A stretch of 64,000 nucleotides of DNA, taken from contig CAZPWJ010000011.1 in the NCBI GenBank assembly GCA_964590195.1, forward strand, positions 5,835-69,834, in the 5' to 3' direction. This DNA comes from an uncultured Rhodospirillaceae bacterium (GTDB lineage Bacteria > Pseudomonadota > Alphaproteobacteria > GCA-2731375). A program made the translations under genes and the position numbers. Below are positions 1 through 8,224 of the stretch, piece by piece. Every line of letters begins with the position of its first letter. Positions within the stretch are counted from its first letter, which is position 1. Below the pieces are notes generated by a model. That model was not told where the DNA came from, searched no databases, and saw nothing but the letters and a program-made list of their open reading frames with translations.

Positions 1-1
1 C

Positions 2-598
2 GGCCTGGTCGTGATGTTGTTCTTTCCCATCGCCGGCCGGATGGTCGATACCTTCCCGGCATACATTCTGACCATGGTTGGTCTGCTGCTGTTCGCCCTC
101 GGCGCGCTGCTATTACATCAGACCGACGTCAATACCGCCTTTGTGACCTTAGTCATTTACGTCATCGTCGGCCGCATCGGGCAAAGCATCATGCTGCCCG
201 CGATCAACGTCTCGGCCCTGGGGGCCCTGCCCCCCGACAAGCTGAACAACGGCTCGGGCACGATCAATTTCATCCGCCTGATGGGCGGCGCGTTCGGCGT
301 CAACCTCCTGGTGGTCTTCATGGAGGAGCGGATCGACATGCATGCGGTCGCCCTGACCGTAACCCAGACCTATGACAACGCCGCCAGCCGGGAGCTCCTG
401 AACCACGTCAGAAACCTGCTCACCCATGGCGGCGCACCCGAGGGCCTGCTGCGCCCCGGCTCTCTGCATTTTTTGGGCCAGGTGATCGAGGCGCAAGCCA
501 ATACCCTGGGCTTCAAGGACGGCTATATGATGATCGCCGTGGTCTTCGTCTGCGCCCTGGTGCCCGCATTGATGCTGAGAAATAAGCAGAAAAAGTAA
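2..598 (+). CDS. MFS transporter (DHA2/EmrB-QacA-like), C-terminal fragment truncated by the window edge
   Basis: The reading frame is open from nt 2. The C-terminus is rich in hydrophobic TM segments and laid out like the complete DHA2 MFS gene at 55623-57146. Confidence 0.8.
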   Translation, partial: GLVVMLFFPIAGRMVDTFPAYILTMVGLLLFALGALLLHQTDVNTAFVTLVIYVIVGRIGQSIMLPAINVSALGALPPDKLNNGSGTINFIRLMGGAFGVNLLVVFMEERIDMHAVALTVTQTYDNAASRELLNHVRNLLTHGGAPEGLLRPGSLHFLGQVIEAQANTLGFKDGYMMIAVVFVCALVPALMLRNKQKK

Positions 599-601
599 CG
601 C

Positions 602-1540
602 CTAGCTAAGACTACCCGGATAATCCTGCCAGATGCTGTCTTCCAGACGCAGATGGCTGCTGGCCGGATAGTTCGCCTGCCAATGATCGGCGATCTGGCT
701 GCCGGTGGCGTTCCAGACATCGGGGAAGCCGCGCACATAGGCGAAGAAATCCTCCAGCAGCTTCAGGCGATGGGCCCAGCCGATGGCATATGGATGCAGG
801 GTCATATTGAAATGGCGCCCGCGCCTGTACTGCGCATCGAATTCGGCCCGCCAGTTGGCGAACAGCGTATCGGCATGTTCCAATCCCGTGCCCTTGGCCG
901 GGAACAGCAAAAAGAACTGATCGTCGAAATGATAGAAATACGGCAGCGTCAGAATTGCGCTGCGTTTTTCAAAATCCGCCACCCAATAGTGCGGGATATC
1001 ATCGGAAAGGCCGCTGCCCATATAGCTATAGCCGGCCTCAACCAATAACTCGGCGGTGTTCGGGCTAATGGTGCCGACCGCGAAGGGGTCGCTTTGCCGG
1101 GGCAGGGAAAACCAGCCCCTGGGACGCTGACCCAGCACATCGGTCATGATCTCGGTCGCCAGATCCATGCGGGCCTTTTCATCCTCCCGGCTTAAACCGC
1201 TGACGTCTTCATGCTTGAAACCGTGCGGCGCCACTTCATGGCCATTAACGGTCAACTCGCGCAGCGTATCCTTGAGCATATTGGCCATGGCCGCCGGCAC
1301 GGTGAACGTCGCCTTGATGTCATAGCGCGCCAGGGTGGCCAGCACCTGGATCATGCCTTCATGCAAACCGAACATGGCGCGGTAGTCCGACAGATCCGAG
1401 GGGGCGACGCCATCAGGCCCCCGGGCCAGGCTCAGATCCACGTTGACCGCGACGCAGCAGCGGCGGCCACCGGGCCAGCTGATTTCATCATCCTTCAGAC
1501 TGACTTCGTCGGTGGCGGTATAGTTTTGTTTCCAGGGCAT
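602..1540 (-). CDS. polysaccharide deacetylase (NodB/PuuE-like) family protein
   Basis: 312-aa ORF with NodB-fold-like blocks (CVAVNVDLS, IKATFTVPA, NGHEVAPHGFKHED). It is a paralog of the adjacent gene. Confidence 0.8.
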   Translation of the reverse strand: MPWKQNYTATDEVSLKDDEISWPGGRRCCVAVNVDLSLARGPDGVAPSDLSDYRAMFGLHEGMIQVLATLARYDIKATFTVPAAMANMLKDTLRELTVNGHEVAPHGFKHEDVSGLSREDEKARMDLATEIMTDVLGQRPRGWFSLPRQSDPFAVGTISPNTAELLVEAGYSYMGSGLSDDIPHYWVADFEKRSAILTLPYFYHFDDQFFLLFPAKGTGLEHADTLFANWRAEFDAQYRRGRHFNMTLHPYAIGWAHRLKLLEDFFAYVRGFPDVWNATGSQIADHWQANYPASSHLRLEDSIWQDYPGSLS

Positions 1541-2440
1541 CTACTGCACTCCCATCGATCGTCGGGCGGGATGGTTCTCCAGGCAATGGCGGGCTATTTC
1601 CTCACAACTTGGGAACCAGACGCCGGGCAGGGTTTTCATTCGGTTGATCAGTTTGTCCAGCGCCTCGATCCGCATGGCCCGGCCCGAGACAAACGGATGC
1701 AGGCAGACGTTCAGATAACCGCCCTGGCGGTACTGCTGCAGGAAGGCATCCCACCACATATCCATGACGCGCTCGGGCTCGGTAATGCGCTGGGCGGCAT
1801 TTTCCGAGGCCAGCCAGGCGAAGGAAAAGAACATGGCGTCATCAATGGCGTAGTGGAACGGGATGTTCAAAAGGCGGTTACCGCCATCCTTGTCGCTGAC
1901 ATAGTAAGGCCGGTGATGGGCCGTGCCGTGGGAATTGTAGATATAGCCCTCCTCGATCAGCAGGGACTGGCTGTGCCAGCTGCGGGTGCCCACGGGACGT
2001 TTGCCGGCGGTGGCGGTCAAGGCCTGGGTGGATTTCCGTAAATGCTCCGCCTCCAGTTGCAGATCCTTGGGCACCTGATGTTCCCACATATGATCCGCCA
2101 CCTCGTGGCCGTTGGCGGTGACGGCGGCGACGGCTTTCGGATAGAGCTCGCAAATCCGCCCCGGCGTGAACACCGTCGCCTTGATGTCATGGGAATTAAA
2201 CAATTCGATCAGGCGCCAGATCCCGACCCGGCCGCCGAATTCACCCTGAGCCAACTGCATCGGCGGTTCCTTCAACAGCCGCCGCAACAGCATGGCATCA
2301 AAATCGGCGGTGAAGTTCACCGCCATCTGGACACCGGGCGGATAGGCGAAGTCATCGATGAATTCAAAGCGCGCCTCTGTTTCCCGGGCCGCGGCTTCCA
2401 ACGCCGCGATCTCATGGGTCAGCTGATCAGTCATTGTCAT
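1541..2440 (-). CDS. polysaccharide deacetylase (NodB/PuuE-like) family protein
   Basis: 299-aa ORF with DIKATVFTPG and NGHEVADHMWEH blocks. Its stop codon abuts the ATG of the downstream paralog (0-nt gap). Confidence 0.8.
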   Translation of the reverse strand: MTMTDQLTHEIAALEAAARETEARFEFIDDFAYPPGVQMAVNFTADFDAMLLRRLLKEPPMQLAQGEFGGRVGIWRLIELFNSHDIKATVFTPGRICELYPKAVAAVTANGHEVADHMWEHQVPKDLQLEAEHLRKSTQALTATAGKRPVGTRSWHSQSLLIEEGYIYNSHGTAHHRPYYVSDKDGGNRLLNIPFHYAIDDAMFFSFAWLASENAAQRITEPERVMDMWWDAFLQQYRQGGYLNVCLHPFVSGRAMRIEALDKLINRMKTLPGVWFPSCEEIARHCLENHPARRSMGVQ

Positions 2441-2519
2441 TTTACGTTCCTCCTAACCCATCCATTGTACCCGTCTTCCCTCTGCCTCAAAGCCCCTATA
2501 AGCTAGAGATGGGGAAATA

Positions 2520-2999
2520 ATGGGGATCAAGACAATGGATCAAAGCAATCCGTACGAAGCCAAACGCCGTGCCTTACAGGACAAATTCATGGCTGGCAAA
2601 GCGGAGGCGCCCCTGGGGACCGAGGGTGTGCATCACCTGGTGCTGATTTCTTCGGACCTGGACGCCACCGTCAGCTTTTACACCCGGGTCCTGAACATGC
2701 GCCTGGTCAAGGTGGTCGAGAACCGTGACGATCCGACCTCGACGCATATCTTTTTGGACATGGGCGGCGGCAATCTGCTGGCGTTTTTCGATTTTCCCGA
2801 ACATGGCGATGCCCCGGTGGTACGCGGCATCGGCGCCATGCACCATGTGGCGCTAAAAGCCACGCCGGCACAATACAAGGCGTTGTTCGACCGCCTGAAG
2901 GATCAGGGTATGGACTATTCACAGCACGGCACGGACGAAGCGGGTTCAGTCTATCTGCGCGATCCGGACAATGCCCTGATCGAAGTGACCTGCCGCTAA
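2520..2999 (+). CDS. VOC (glyoxalase/bleomycin-resistance/dioxygenase) family protein
   Basis: 159 aa. GVHHLVLISSDLDATVSFYTRVLNM and HHVALKA are typical of VOC beta-alpha-beta-beta-beta modules. Confidence 0.8.
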   Translation: MGIKTMDQSNPYEAKRRALQDKFMAGKAEAPLGTEGVHHLVLISSDLDATVSFYTRVLNMRLVKVVENRDDPTSTHIFLDMGGGNLLAFFDFPEHGDAPVVRGIGAMHHVALKATPAQYKALFDRLKDQGMDYSQHGTDEAGSVYLRDPDNALIEVTCR

Positions 3000-3003
3000 A
3001 CGA

Positions 3004-4710
3004 CTAGGCGCCTTCCAGAATGGCGTCTGCGACTTTCTCCGCCGTCATCAGGGTGGGAAAATTGGTATTGGCACAGGGCACGACCGGGAAGATCGAGGCA
3101 TCGACAACGCGCAGACCTTCCATGCCGCGCACCCGGCCGGCATTGTTGGTGACGGCCTTGGGGTCGTCATCGGCGCCCATGCGGCAACTGCAGGAGGCAT
3201 GCCAGACACCAACGGCGGCCTTTCTTACGAAGGCCTCCAACGCTTCCTCATCCCGCATCAGCTGTTCCAGGGTGAAGCCTTCCAGTATGAATTTATCCAT
3301 CAAGACCTTGCGCAGAGCATCCGGGCCATCCAGCAGTTTGGCAAAAACACCGGTCAGGAATTTGTTCTTTGAAGTAACTTCCCCCACCTGGCGCACCTTG
3401 TCGGAATAGCTGGCCGGGAACGCATTCGAGGTCGCGGCCTGCAACACGGGCATGGCGTGCAACGCCGTCATGCGGCGCACCCCATCCATCAGACGGTCCA
3501 AATCCCGCTGATCCGACAGCAGATTGAATTCCACCGTCGGCTCGTCGCGATAGTCGGCGGAATTCAGTTTGACCTGGCCGGTCTCGGAATAGGTTTTGTT
3601 GACGAAGATAATTTTCGAGGCGATCTGCTCTCCCACCGCGTGCCAGGAAGATTTGGAGGAAACGGCGACGAACATATCGCCCTTGGGAATGCCTTCCATT
3701 TCCGAAGAATACCGCAGCCCGACCAAGAGGTGGCGGCGGGTGAAATCATTGACCCTGGCGTGGGGCTTGACAAACGAGGCCACGGCAACGGAGGGGTGAT
3801 CCATCAGGCCCTGGCCAACGCCAGGCAGATCGTGGCGTACGTCAATGCCCATTTCGCCCAGCGCCATGGCCGGGCCGATGCCGGCGCGCAGCAGATGCGC
3901 CGGGGAATGGATGGCGCCCGACGACAATATGATCTCGTTGCCGCGGAATTCCTGCTCCTGGCCCTTGACCATGGCCTTGACACCGACACAGCGGTTGCCC
4001 TCGAACAGCAGCTCCTTGACCCTGGTTTGGGTTGTAATCGTCAGGTTCTCCCGCTGCCGGGTGCCGGGATCGAGATAACCGATGGCGGCGGAGACCCGGC
4101 GTTCATAAGCATTCGACATGGTGATCGGGAAATAGCCGTCCTTGAACTCGCCATTCTGGTCGGGCAGATATTCAAAGCCGGCCTGGGCAAAGGCCTGCCC
4201 CGTGGCGGTCGCGTGATCGTTCCACAGATCGGGCATGATGCGGCGTACGGGAATGCGGCCTTCATTGCCATGATAGGGACCGTCATAGTCCATATCCCGT
4301 TCGACCTTTTTAAAAAAGGGCAGCACCGCGTCCCAATTCCAACCCTTGGCGCCGCGCGCATCCCATTCGTCGAAATCCGTCGGCGCGCCGCGGTTGGCCA
4401 GCTGGCCGTTGATGGATGAGCCGCCGCCCAGGACGCGGGCCTGTTCGTATTTCCGCAATGGTGGCCGGTCAACATCCGGATTGTTGTGTGAAATGACTTC
4501 CGTGGTGACCTTCAGTTCGTTCCAGATGAAGCGCTTATCCAGATATGCGGTGCCGGGATAGCTATCCAGGATTTCCTCGGGCACCTTGCCGTGCGGTGTA
4601 TCCTGGCCGGCCTCGCACAACAGAACCTGGTTCGCACTACGCGCCGATAACCGGTTGGCCAGCACGGAACCGGCGGAGCCACCGCCCACAATGATGTAAT
4701 CGTACTGCAT
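3004..4710 (-). CDS. GMC family oxidoreductase (choline-dehydrogenase-like flavoprotein)
   Basis: 568 aa. N-terminal FAD fingerprint YDYIIVGGGSAGSVLANRLS, and a C-terminal GMC signature region (HASCSCRMG ... RVVDASIFP). Confidence 0.9.
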   Translation of the reverse strand: MQYDYIIVGGGSAGSVLANRLSARSANQVLLCEAGQDTPHGKVPEEILDSYPGTAYLDKRFIWNELKVTTEVISHNNPDVDRPPLRKYEQARVLGGGSSINGQLANRGAPTDFDEWDARGAKGWNWDAVLPFFKKVERDMDYDGPYHGNEGRIPVRRIMPDLWNDHATATGQAFAQAGFEYLPDQNGEFKDGYFPITMSNAYERRVSAAIGYLDPGTRQRENLTITTQTRVKELLFEGNRCVGVKAMVKGQEQEFRGNEIILSSGAIHSPAHLLRAGIGPAMALGEMGIDVRHDLPGVGQGLMDHPSVAVASFVKPHARVNDFTRRHLLVGLRYSSEMEGIPKGDMFVAVSSKSSWHAVGEQIASKIIFVNKTYSETGQVKLNSADYRDEPTVEFNLLSDQRDLDRLMDGVRRMTALHAMPVLQAATSNAFPASYSDKVRQVGEVTSKNKFLTGVFAKLLDGPDALRKVLMDKFILEGFTLEQLMRDEEALEAFVRKAAVGVWHASCSCRMGADDDPKAVTNNAGRVRGMEGLRVVDASIFPVVPCANTNFPTLMTAEKVADAILEGA

Positions 4711-4734
4711 CTCGCTTCCCTTACTTTTCTTGTT

Positions 4735-5346
4735 CTACGGCCCGTGGCGTTTCTGTTCATCCTCGATCGCGACATAGTAGAGCACGAATTCCTGCGCCAG
4801 ACTTTCAATTTCGCGCGCTGGCCTGGATAAATGCGAGATTGGAATATGAACCGAAGGGTAGCCCTGCGCCTGACTGTCGAATTTCCGCATTTGTGGTGAG
4901 ATCAGATTTATGAAGCCGACCGAGTTGCGGATATAGCTTCGCGCCTTTTCATCCAGGCGGTTCGGATCCACCGCGACCATCAACACCCGCCGCGCCAGGG
5001 TGGCGTTTGCCGCCCCTATCCCAATTACCGCCGTCCAGGGTATCAGGCCAAGGGGGGGACGCTGGCAGTTAATGCCAACGGCATCGAAAACCACCACCGG
5101 CTTGCGGTCAAAGGCCATTTGCAGCAACAGGCCAGCGACAAACAGACAAATCACGATGGCCATGATATTTGTCCAGCTCAGATCCGTCAGGGTGAACTCT
5201 TCCGCGCCATCGCTTTGCAGGATCATCGCCACGCCCAGCAGACAGGGCAGAACCAAAATCCCAAGCTGGATTTTAGAGGGATAGAAGTTCACCGGTTCGG
5301 GCGGCGGCCCCGCGTCCGCCCCTTTATCCGCCCCCCCATCTATCAT
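4735..5346 (-). CDS. hypothetical membrane protein (two TM helices plus a PH-like soluble domain; architecture resembles STM3941-type proteins)
   Basis: I chose the internal ATG at 5346 because the longer ORF overlaps the divergent usp gene. Two hydrophobic helices are followed by DRKPVVVFDAVGI...LIPWTAVIGI. It lies 24 nt upstream of the GMC gene. Confidence 0.5.
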   Translation of the reverse strand: MIDGGADKGADAGPPPEPVNFYPSKIQLGILVLPCLLGVAMILQSDGAEEFTLTDLSWTNIMAIVICLFVAGLLLQMAFDRKPVVVFDAVGINCQRPPLGLIPWTAVIGIGAANATLARRVLMVAVDPNRLDEKARSYIRNSVGFINLISPQMRKFDSQAQGYPSVHIPISHLSRPAREIESLAQEFVLYYVAIEDEQKRHGP

Positions 5347-5473
5347 TGATGATCCTTTTGTCCACGCCGTCAATGCCAAGCAATATACCCGACGATCATA
5401 GCCATTCGGGCATTTCGCCGCTACTCTGCACCGCTGCAAGCACAATTGGGGAGCGCATTGGCGTAAGGAATTC

Positions 5474-6274
5474 ATGAAACGAATAATGATTGTTGTCGAC
5501 GGCAGCGCGAATGACGCCGAGTCACTCACCAGCGCGCGGAACCTGGCTCTTTCGAGCGGTGCTCAATTAACTGTTGCCCATGCCCGCATACCCCACCACA
5601 CGATCATGGGTGTTGGCGAAATGGCGTTCGTCGGTAGTGAAGGCGCGCGACCAGACGAGGATCAAAAGCGGGCCGAAGCCGCCTTTAACGAAGTCTGCGG
5701 CGATCTGCCGGATGCGCGGTTCCTGGTGTACGAGGCCCGCAGCGATGCCATCATCGCCTCCCTGGGTAGCGCCCATGACCTGATCCTGGTGGAGCGGCTA
5801 TCCGCCGAGGAAGGGCCAGAGGCCGACCAGCTTAATACCGCGCTGTTTGATACGGGGCGTCCGGTTTTGCTCATTCCGCCCATGGCCCATGGCGTTTCGG
5901 CCGAAAGGATAGCGATTGCCTGGAATGGCACGACGCAAAATTCCAGGGCCATCAAATCCGCCCTGCCCCTGATGCGGACCGCCAAGGACGTCGTTCTATT
6001 GCAGGGCAGCGGCGCCGGCGCTATCGACATGGCGCCGATGTTGGAATATCTCGCCGCCCATGACCTGGCCGCCAAGGTAGTGGCGTACGACTCCGAACGT
6101 CTGACCGCCAGGGCGCGTGGGCGCGCCTTGATCGCGGCGGCATGCGAGGTGGATGCCACGCTATTGGTCACCGGCGCCTTTGGCGAAGGCCGGCGCGGCG
6201 TTCTGGCCGGGCTGGGCCGCGCAACACGCAAAATCGTCACGGCGGCGCCATTTTCAGTTCTGTTGCAAAGTTAG
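5474..6274 (+). CDS. universal stress protein (tandem Usp domains)
   Basis: 266 aa. IMIVVDGSANDAES at the N-terminus and LLVTGAFGEGRRG near the C-terminus are UspA-family patterns. Confidence 0.8.
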   Translation: MKRIMIVVDGSANDAESLTSARNLALSSGAQLTVAHARIPHHTIMGVGEMAFVGSEGARPDEDQKRAEAAFNEVCGDLPDARFLVYEARSDAIIASLGSAHDLILVERLSAEEGPEADQLNTALFDTGRPVLLIPPMAHGVSAERIAIAWNGTTQNSRAIKSALPLMRTAKDVVLLQGSGAGAIDMAPMLEYLAAHDLAAKVVAYDSERLTARARGRALIAAACEVDATLLVTGAFGEGRRGVLAGLGRATRKIVTAAPFSVLLQS

Positions 6275-6283
6275 GAATATTCA

Positions 6284-7063
6284 ATGCTGCTCGAAAACCA
6301 AGTTGTTCTGATAACCGGGGCGGGCACCGGCATTGGCGCTGGCGTGGCCCAGGCCATGGCCGAGGCCGGCGCCAATGTGGTCTGTGCCGACATCAACGCC
6401 GAGGCTGCGCAGGAAACCGCCGACGCCGCCGCGCGGGCCGGCGTGGAAAGCCAGGCGCTGGCGGCGGATGTTGGCGATGTTGACGCCATCGAGGCCATGC
6501 TGGATGCGGCAATGGAACGTTTCGGCCGTTTGGATGTGATCGTCAATAACGCCGGCGTCACGCGCAAGGCCTATATCATGGACCTGACAGAGGCCGATTG
6601 GGATCGCATTCACCGGGTCAATTCCAAGGGCGTGTTCTTTTGCCTGCAAGGCGCGGCCCGGCGGATGATCGAACAGGGCGGCGGCCGGATTATCAACATG
6701 GCCTCGATCGCGGGCCGTGGTTACCAAGGCACCTCGAACGCGGCCTATGCGGCCTCAAAGGGCGCGGTTATCGCCCTGACCAAGACGGCCGCCCAGCAAT
6801 TGGGACGGCACAACATTACCGTCAACGCGATCTGTCCCGGCGTTACCCGCACCGCGCTGTTGGAGCAGATCTTCGCCACCCAGCAGGAAACCGACGGCAT
6901 CAGCAGAGAAGACGCCGAGGCCCGCGCCGCCCGGCCGATCCCGCTTCGCCGCATCAACGAGCCCGAGGATATCGCGGCCATGGCGGTCTTTCTCGCCTCG
7001 CCCGGTGCCCGCAACATTACCGGACAGGCTTACAACGTGGACGGCGGCCTGATCACCAGTTGA
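6284..7063 (+). CDS. SDR family oxidoreductase (FabG-like)
   Basis: 259 aa. Cofactor motif TGAGTGIG, NNAG, and catalytic YAASK. Confidence 0.9.
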   Translation: MLLENQVVLITGAGTGIGAGVAQAMAEAGANVVCADINAEAAQETADAAARAGVESQALAADVGDVDAIEAMLDAAMERFGRLDVIVNNAGVTRKAYIMDLTEADWDRIHRVNSKGVFFCLQGAARRMIEQGGGRIINMASIAGRGYQGTSNAAYAASKGAVIALTKTAAQQLGRHNITVNAICPGVTRTALLEQIFATQQETDGISREDAEARAARPIPLRRINEPEDIAAMAVFLASPGARNITGQAYNVDGGLITS

Positions 7064-7067
7064 CGCC

Positions 7068-7274
7068 ATGGATGCGCTTTTGCAAGACGGCCTGGATTTC
7101 GCCGCCGGCTATTCTTTCGCACTCAGCCTGCTGTTTTTCCTGCCCGCCATATTGGCCTTCCTGCTGTCTCATTCTCGGCGCTGGGCCATTCTGATCCTGT
7201 TGTTTACCCTGGGCTGGACGGGTCTGGGCTGGTTGGTGGCGCTGATCTGGGCCCTATCGGGGCGCAGGGGGTAA
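7068..7274 (+). CDS. small membrane protein with superinfection-immunity (Imm)-like domain
   Basis: 68 aa. FFLPAILAF...LGWTGLGWLVALIWAL matches my memory of the Imm_superinfect consensus. It starts 4 nt after the SDR stop. Confidence 0.6.
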   Translation: MDALLQDGLDFAAGYSFALSLLFFLPAILAFLLSHSRRWAILILLFTLGWTGLGWLVALIWALSGRRG

Positions 7275-7331
7275 TTGACATTTGCCCTTCGGTTGCAGAC
7301 GTTAACCGCTAGGTGAAAATGGGAGAGCGAA

Positions 7332-7772
7332 ATGCGCTGGTTATTGGCAATTCTGCTAGTGCTGCCACTGTCCGCCGCGATGCCCGCCGCGGCATGGGCG
7401 GAAATCGGGCAGATTAAGCGCGTCACAGGTCAAGCGTCACTGCTGCGGGACGGCAAAATAATTGCCGCCAAGATCGGCCTGCCGGTCGAGGCGGCGGACC
7501 TCATCGTCACGGGGAACGATGGCCGCATGGGCATTACCTTCACCGATGACAGCCGCTTCGCCGCCGGTCCCAACAGCCGTATCGAACTAACGACCTTCAC
7601 CTTTAATCCGAAGACCCGCGAAGGTGAATTTCTCACCAAGGTGAACAAAGGCACCCTGGCGGTGATATCGGGCAAAATTGCCAAGTACCGCAAGGATGCC
7701 ATGAAAGTTCGCACGCCGACATCGATGTTGGCTGTGCGCGGCACCAAATTTCTGGTCAAGGTGGCGCCATAG
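7332..7772 (+). CDS. FecR-domain-containing secreted protein
   Basis: 146 aa. Signal peptide ending AAAWA, then a FecR-like beta region (GQASLLRDGK...GDLIVTGNDGRMGITFTDDSRF...GTKF). Confidence 0.7.
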   Translation: MRWLLAILLVLPLSAAMPAAAWAEIGQIKRVTGQASLLRDGKIIAAKIGLPVEAADLIVTGNDGRMGITFTDDSRFAAGPNSRIELTTFTFNPKTREGEFLTKVNKGTLAVISGKIAKYRKDAMKVRTPTSMLAVRGTKFLVKVAP

Positions 7773-7779
7773 ACCACGT

Positions 7780-8104
7780 TCAAATTTCAATTTCCAGCCC
7801 GTCGCAGGCCATAGAATACATGGCATCAAAGATCAGCACATCCGCGCCCGAGAGAAAATCGATATAGCGATGACAGCCGTGAATGTGGATCTCATTGCCG
7901 AGAATATAGGCTGGTGCGAAATACGGCAGACCCATGAGAGGTGGGAAAATCCAGCTCGTTATCAATGAAATCATCCAAGGCCACATCGGTAGCAAACGAC
8001 CGGCCATCCGCCTGACGCAGCGCCGCCCGCACCTTGTCGCGGACACCCTGGCCGCTCAAAGCCACGGGCAGCGAACCACGTGTACCCCAGAACCTTAGCA
8101 GCAT
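7780..8104 (-). pseudogene. decayed remnant of an MBL-fold metallo-hydrolase gene (frameshifted, multiple internal deletions)
   Basis: Two overlapping ORF pieces lie in different frames. The N-terminal piece is MLLRFWGTRGSLPVAL... The second piece is ...MGLPYFAPAYILGNEIHIHGCH...GADVLIFDAMYS...DGLEIEI. The HxHxDH block is missing and the total is about 325 nt, against roughly 1 kb expected for this family. Confidence 0.6.
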
Positions 8105-8224
8105 GGCATCATCCGCTTTTCCACAACGAATATCATGCTTACCATGCCGCTCTCGGGCTCGATAGATTCTTTAATGTCCATTGGGATTGCGGGCAACGGA
8201 GACGATGCCACTATATCTCGATTA

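Noticed and set aside
7275-7303. TTGACA hexamer upstream of the FecR-domain gene, considered as a sigma-70 promoter
   Set aside because: There is no acceptable -10 element at 16-19 nt spacing (GACGTT / ACGTTA / CGTTAA). That is too weak to annotate.
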